From assembly GCA_001643675.2 (NCBI GenBank), contig LSRY02000068.1, positions 124,001 through 188,000 of the forward strand: a DNA stretch of 64,000 nucleotides, given 5' to 3'. Origin of the DNA: Monocercomonoides exilis PA203 (Eukaryota > Protista > Preaxostyla). Numbering within the stretch: position 1 is the first letter of the stretch; every line of letters begins with the position of its first letter. Shown here piece by piece: positions 63,301 to 64,000 of the stretch. Made by a program: the position numbers and the translations under genes. The notes below the pieces were generated by a model. The model saw only the letters and a program-made list of their open reading frames with translations. It was not told the origin of the DNA and searched no databases.

Positions 63301-64000
63301 GCAGTCTGCATTCGCCTCAGCTGCCAGTGAAGCGACGTCGATGCGTGCTGTTCAACTGGTGCGGCATCGGCGTCTGATCGAAGTGAAGTTTTCGCAGAAT
63401 TCTCTGTCGCTTCCAGTCGATCTGTTTGTGGCTGCTTCAGTTGCCCCGCTGAATGTTGTTGTGCCGTCTTCCTCGATTGCACGACTGCTTCCGTCTTTGA
63501 AGCGCTTCTCGTCTGCTGATCCGCAGATCACAACAGCTATGCGGAAGACATTCCGGTCGCAGTATGCTTCGCTCACTCAGCGCACTTCACTTCAACTTCT
63601 GAATGCGCTGGAGACACGGAAGATGATGGACATATCACTGAACATCGAAGCACCACACATTGCACTTCCACTTCAGCCACTTAATCCAGCATCGCCATGT
63701 CTCGTTGCCAACCTTGGCACAGTTAAAATTGTGACGAAGCCGACGGAAGCAGCTCTGAGAGAAAAAGAAAAAGAAAAAGAAAAAGAAAGACAGGAGAATG
63801 CAGAGAATAGCAATGCCACAGAAGCGTCTGAACCAATGAAATCAAATGTCGAAGGAGATGAAGATTCAGGACAAACGATGGAAAAGAAACACTCACGTGG
63901 AAACTCCACAATTGTGACCACATCGGCGCATCCAGAAGGAGTGGAGATCAGCGAAAGAACAGTTTTCGATTTGTTCCAAATTGAAATAGCGAAAGTTGGG
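60354..64000 (+). CDS. VPS13: VPS13-family lipid transfer protein, 5' part (runs off the window)
   Basis: MLETIVAKLLGKILGKYCSNFDKKSLN (Chorein-N start), GTFELKNLRLRRDA, ITKILLNCQITMKNIHFRMED, RNLWRWAI..A, KGWMKRWFG, MDISLNIEAPHIALP..CLVANLG. Three short 5' introns, then a long exon open to 64000. Confidence 0.88.

Noticed and set aside
1-64000. tRNA, rRNA or snRNA genes
   Set aside because: No cloverleaf, box A/B or rRNA-like GC-rich segment was recognised by eye; a covariance-model scan would be needed to exclude small RNAs.

Overview
Gene-dense, AT-rich eukaryotic DNA with short GT-AG introns and the standard genetic code. The style (poly-Ser/acidic insertions, short introns, a TmcB-like gene) resembles an oxymonad/metamonad protist such as Monocercomonoides, but that assignment is inference. 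About 16 host genes are present: NOP14, a long ER/K coiled-coil protein, a GPR137/TOM1-like 7TM protein, an S41 peptidase, legumain, UTP25, V-ATPase D, a coiled-coil protein, CDC23/APC8, a cyclophilin, RAD6/UBC2, an unknown protein, a TmcB/C-like membrane protein, CCDC47 and the 5' part of VPS13. The most notable structure is a gene-free transposon nest at about 24.2-31.5 kb. (i) A complete Merlin/IS1595-type element (24910-26418, 21-bp TIRs, perfect 8-bp TSD GCATTTAT, DDE transposase with one in-frame TAA) sits inside a foldback element with ~340-bp near-identical TIRs. (ii) A 2.5-kb element with 578-bp TIRs and 8-bp TSD GATTTTTC sits inside an older short-TIR element. (iii) Two hairpin MITEs follow. 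A separate 3.8-kb hAT-like element (55265-59042, TSD ATTTTTAT) carries a decayed host-like gene followed by a poly(A) tract. All family calls come from motif recognition by eye; no database searches were run.
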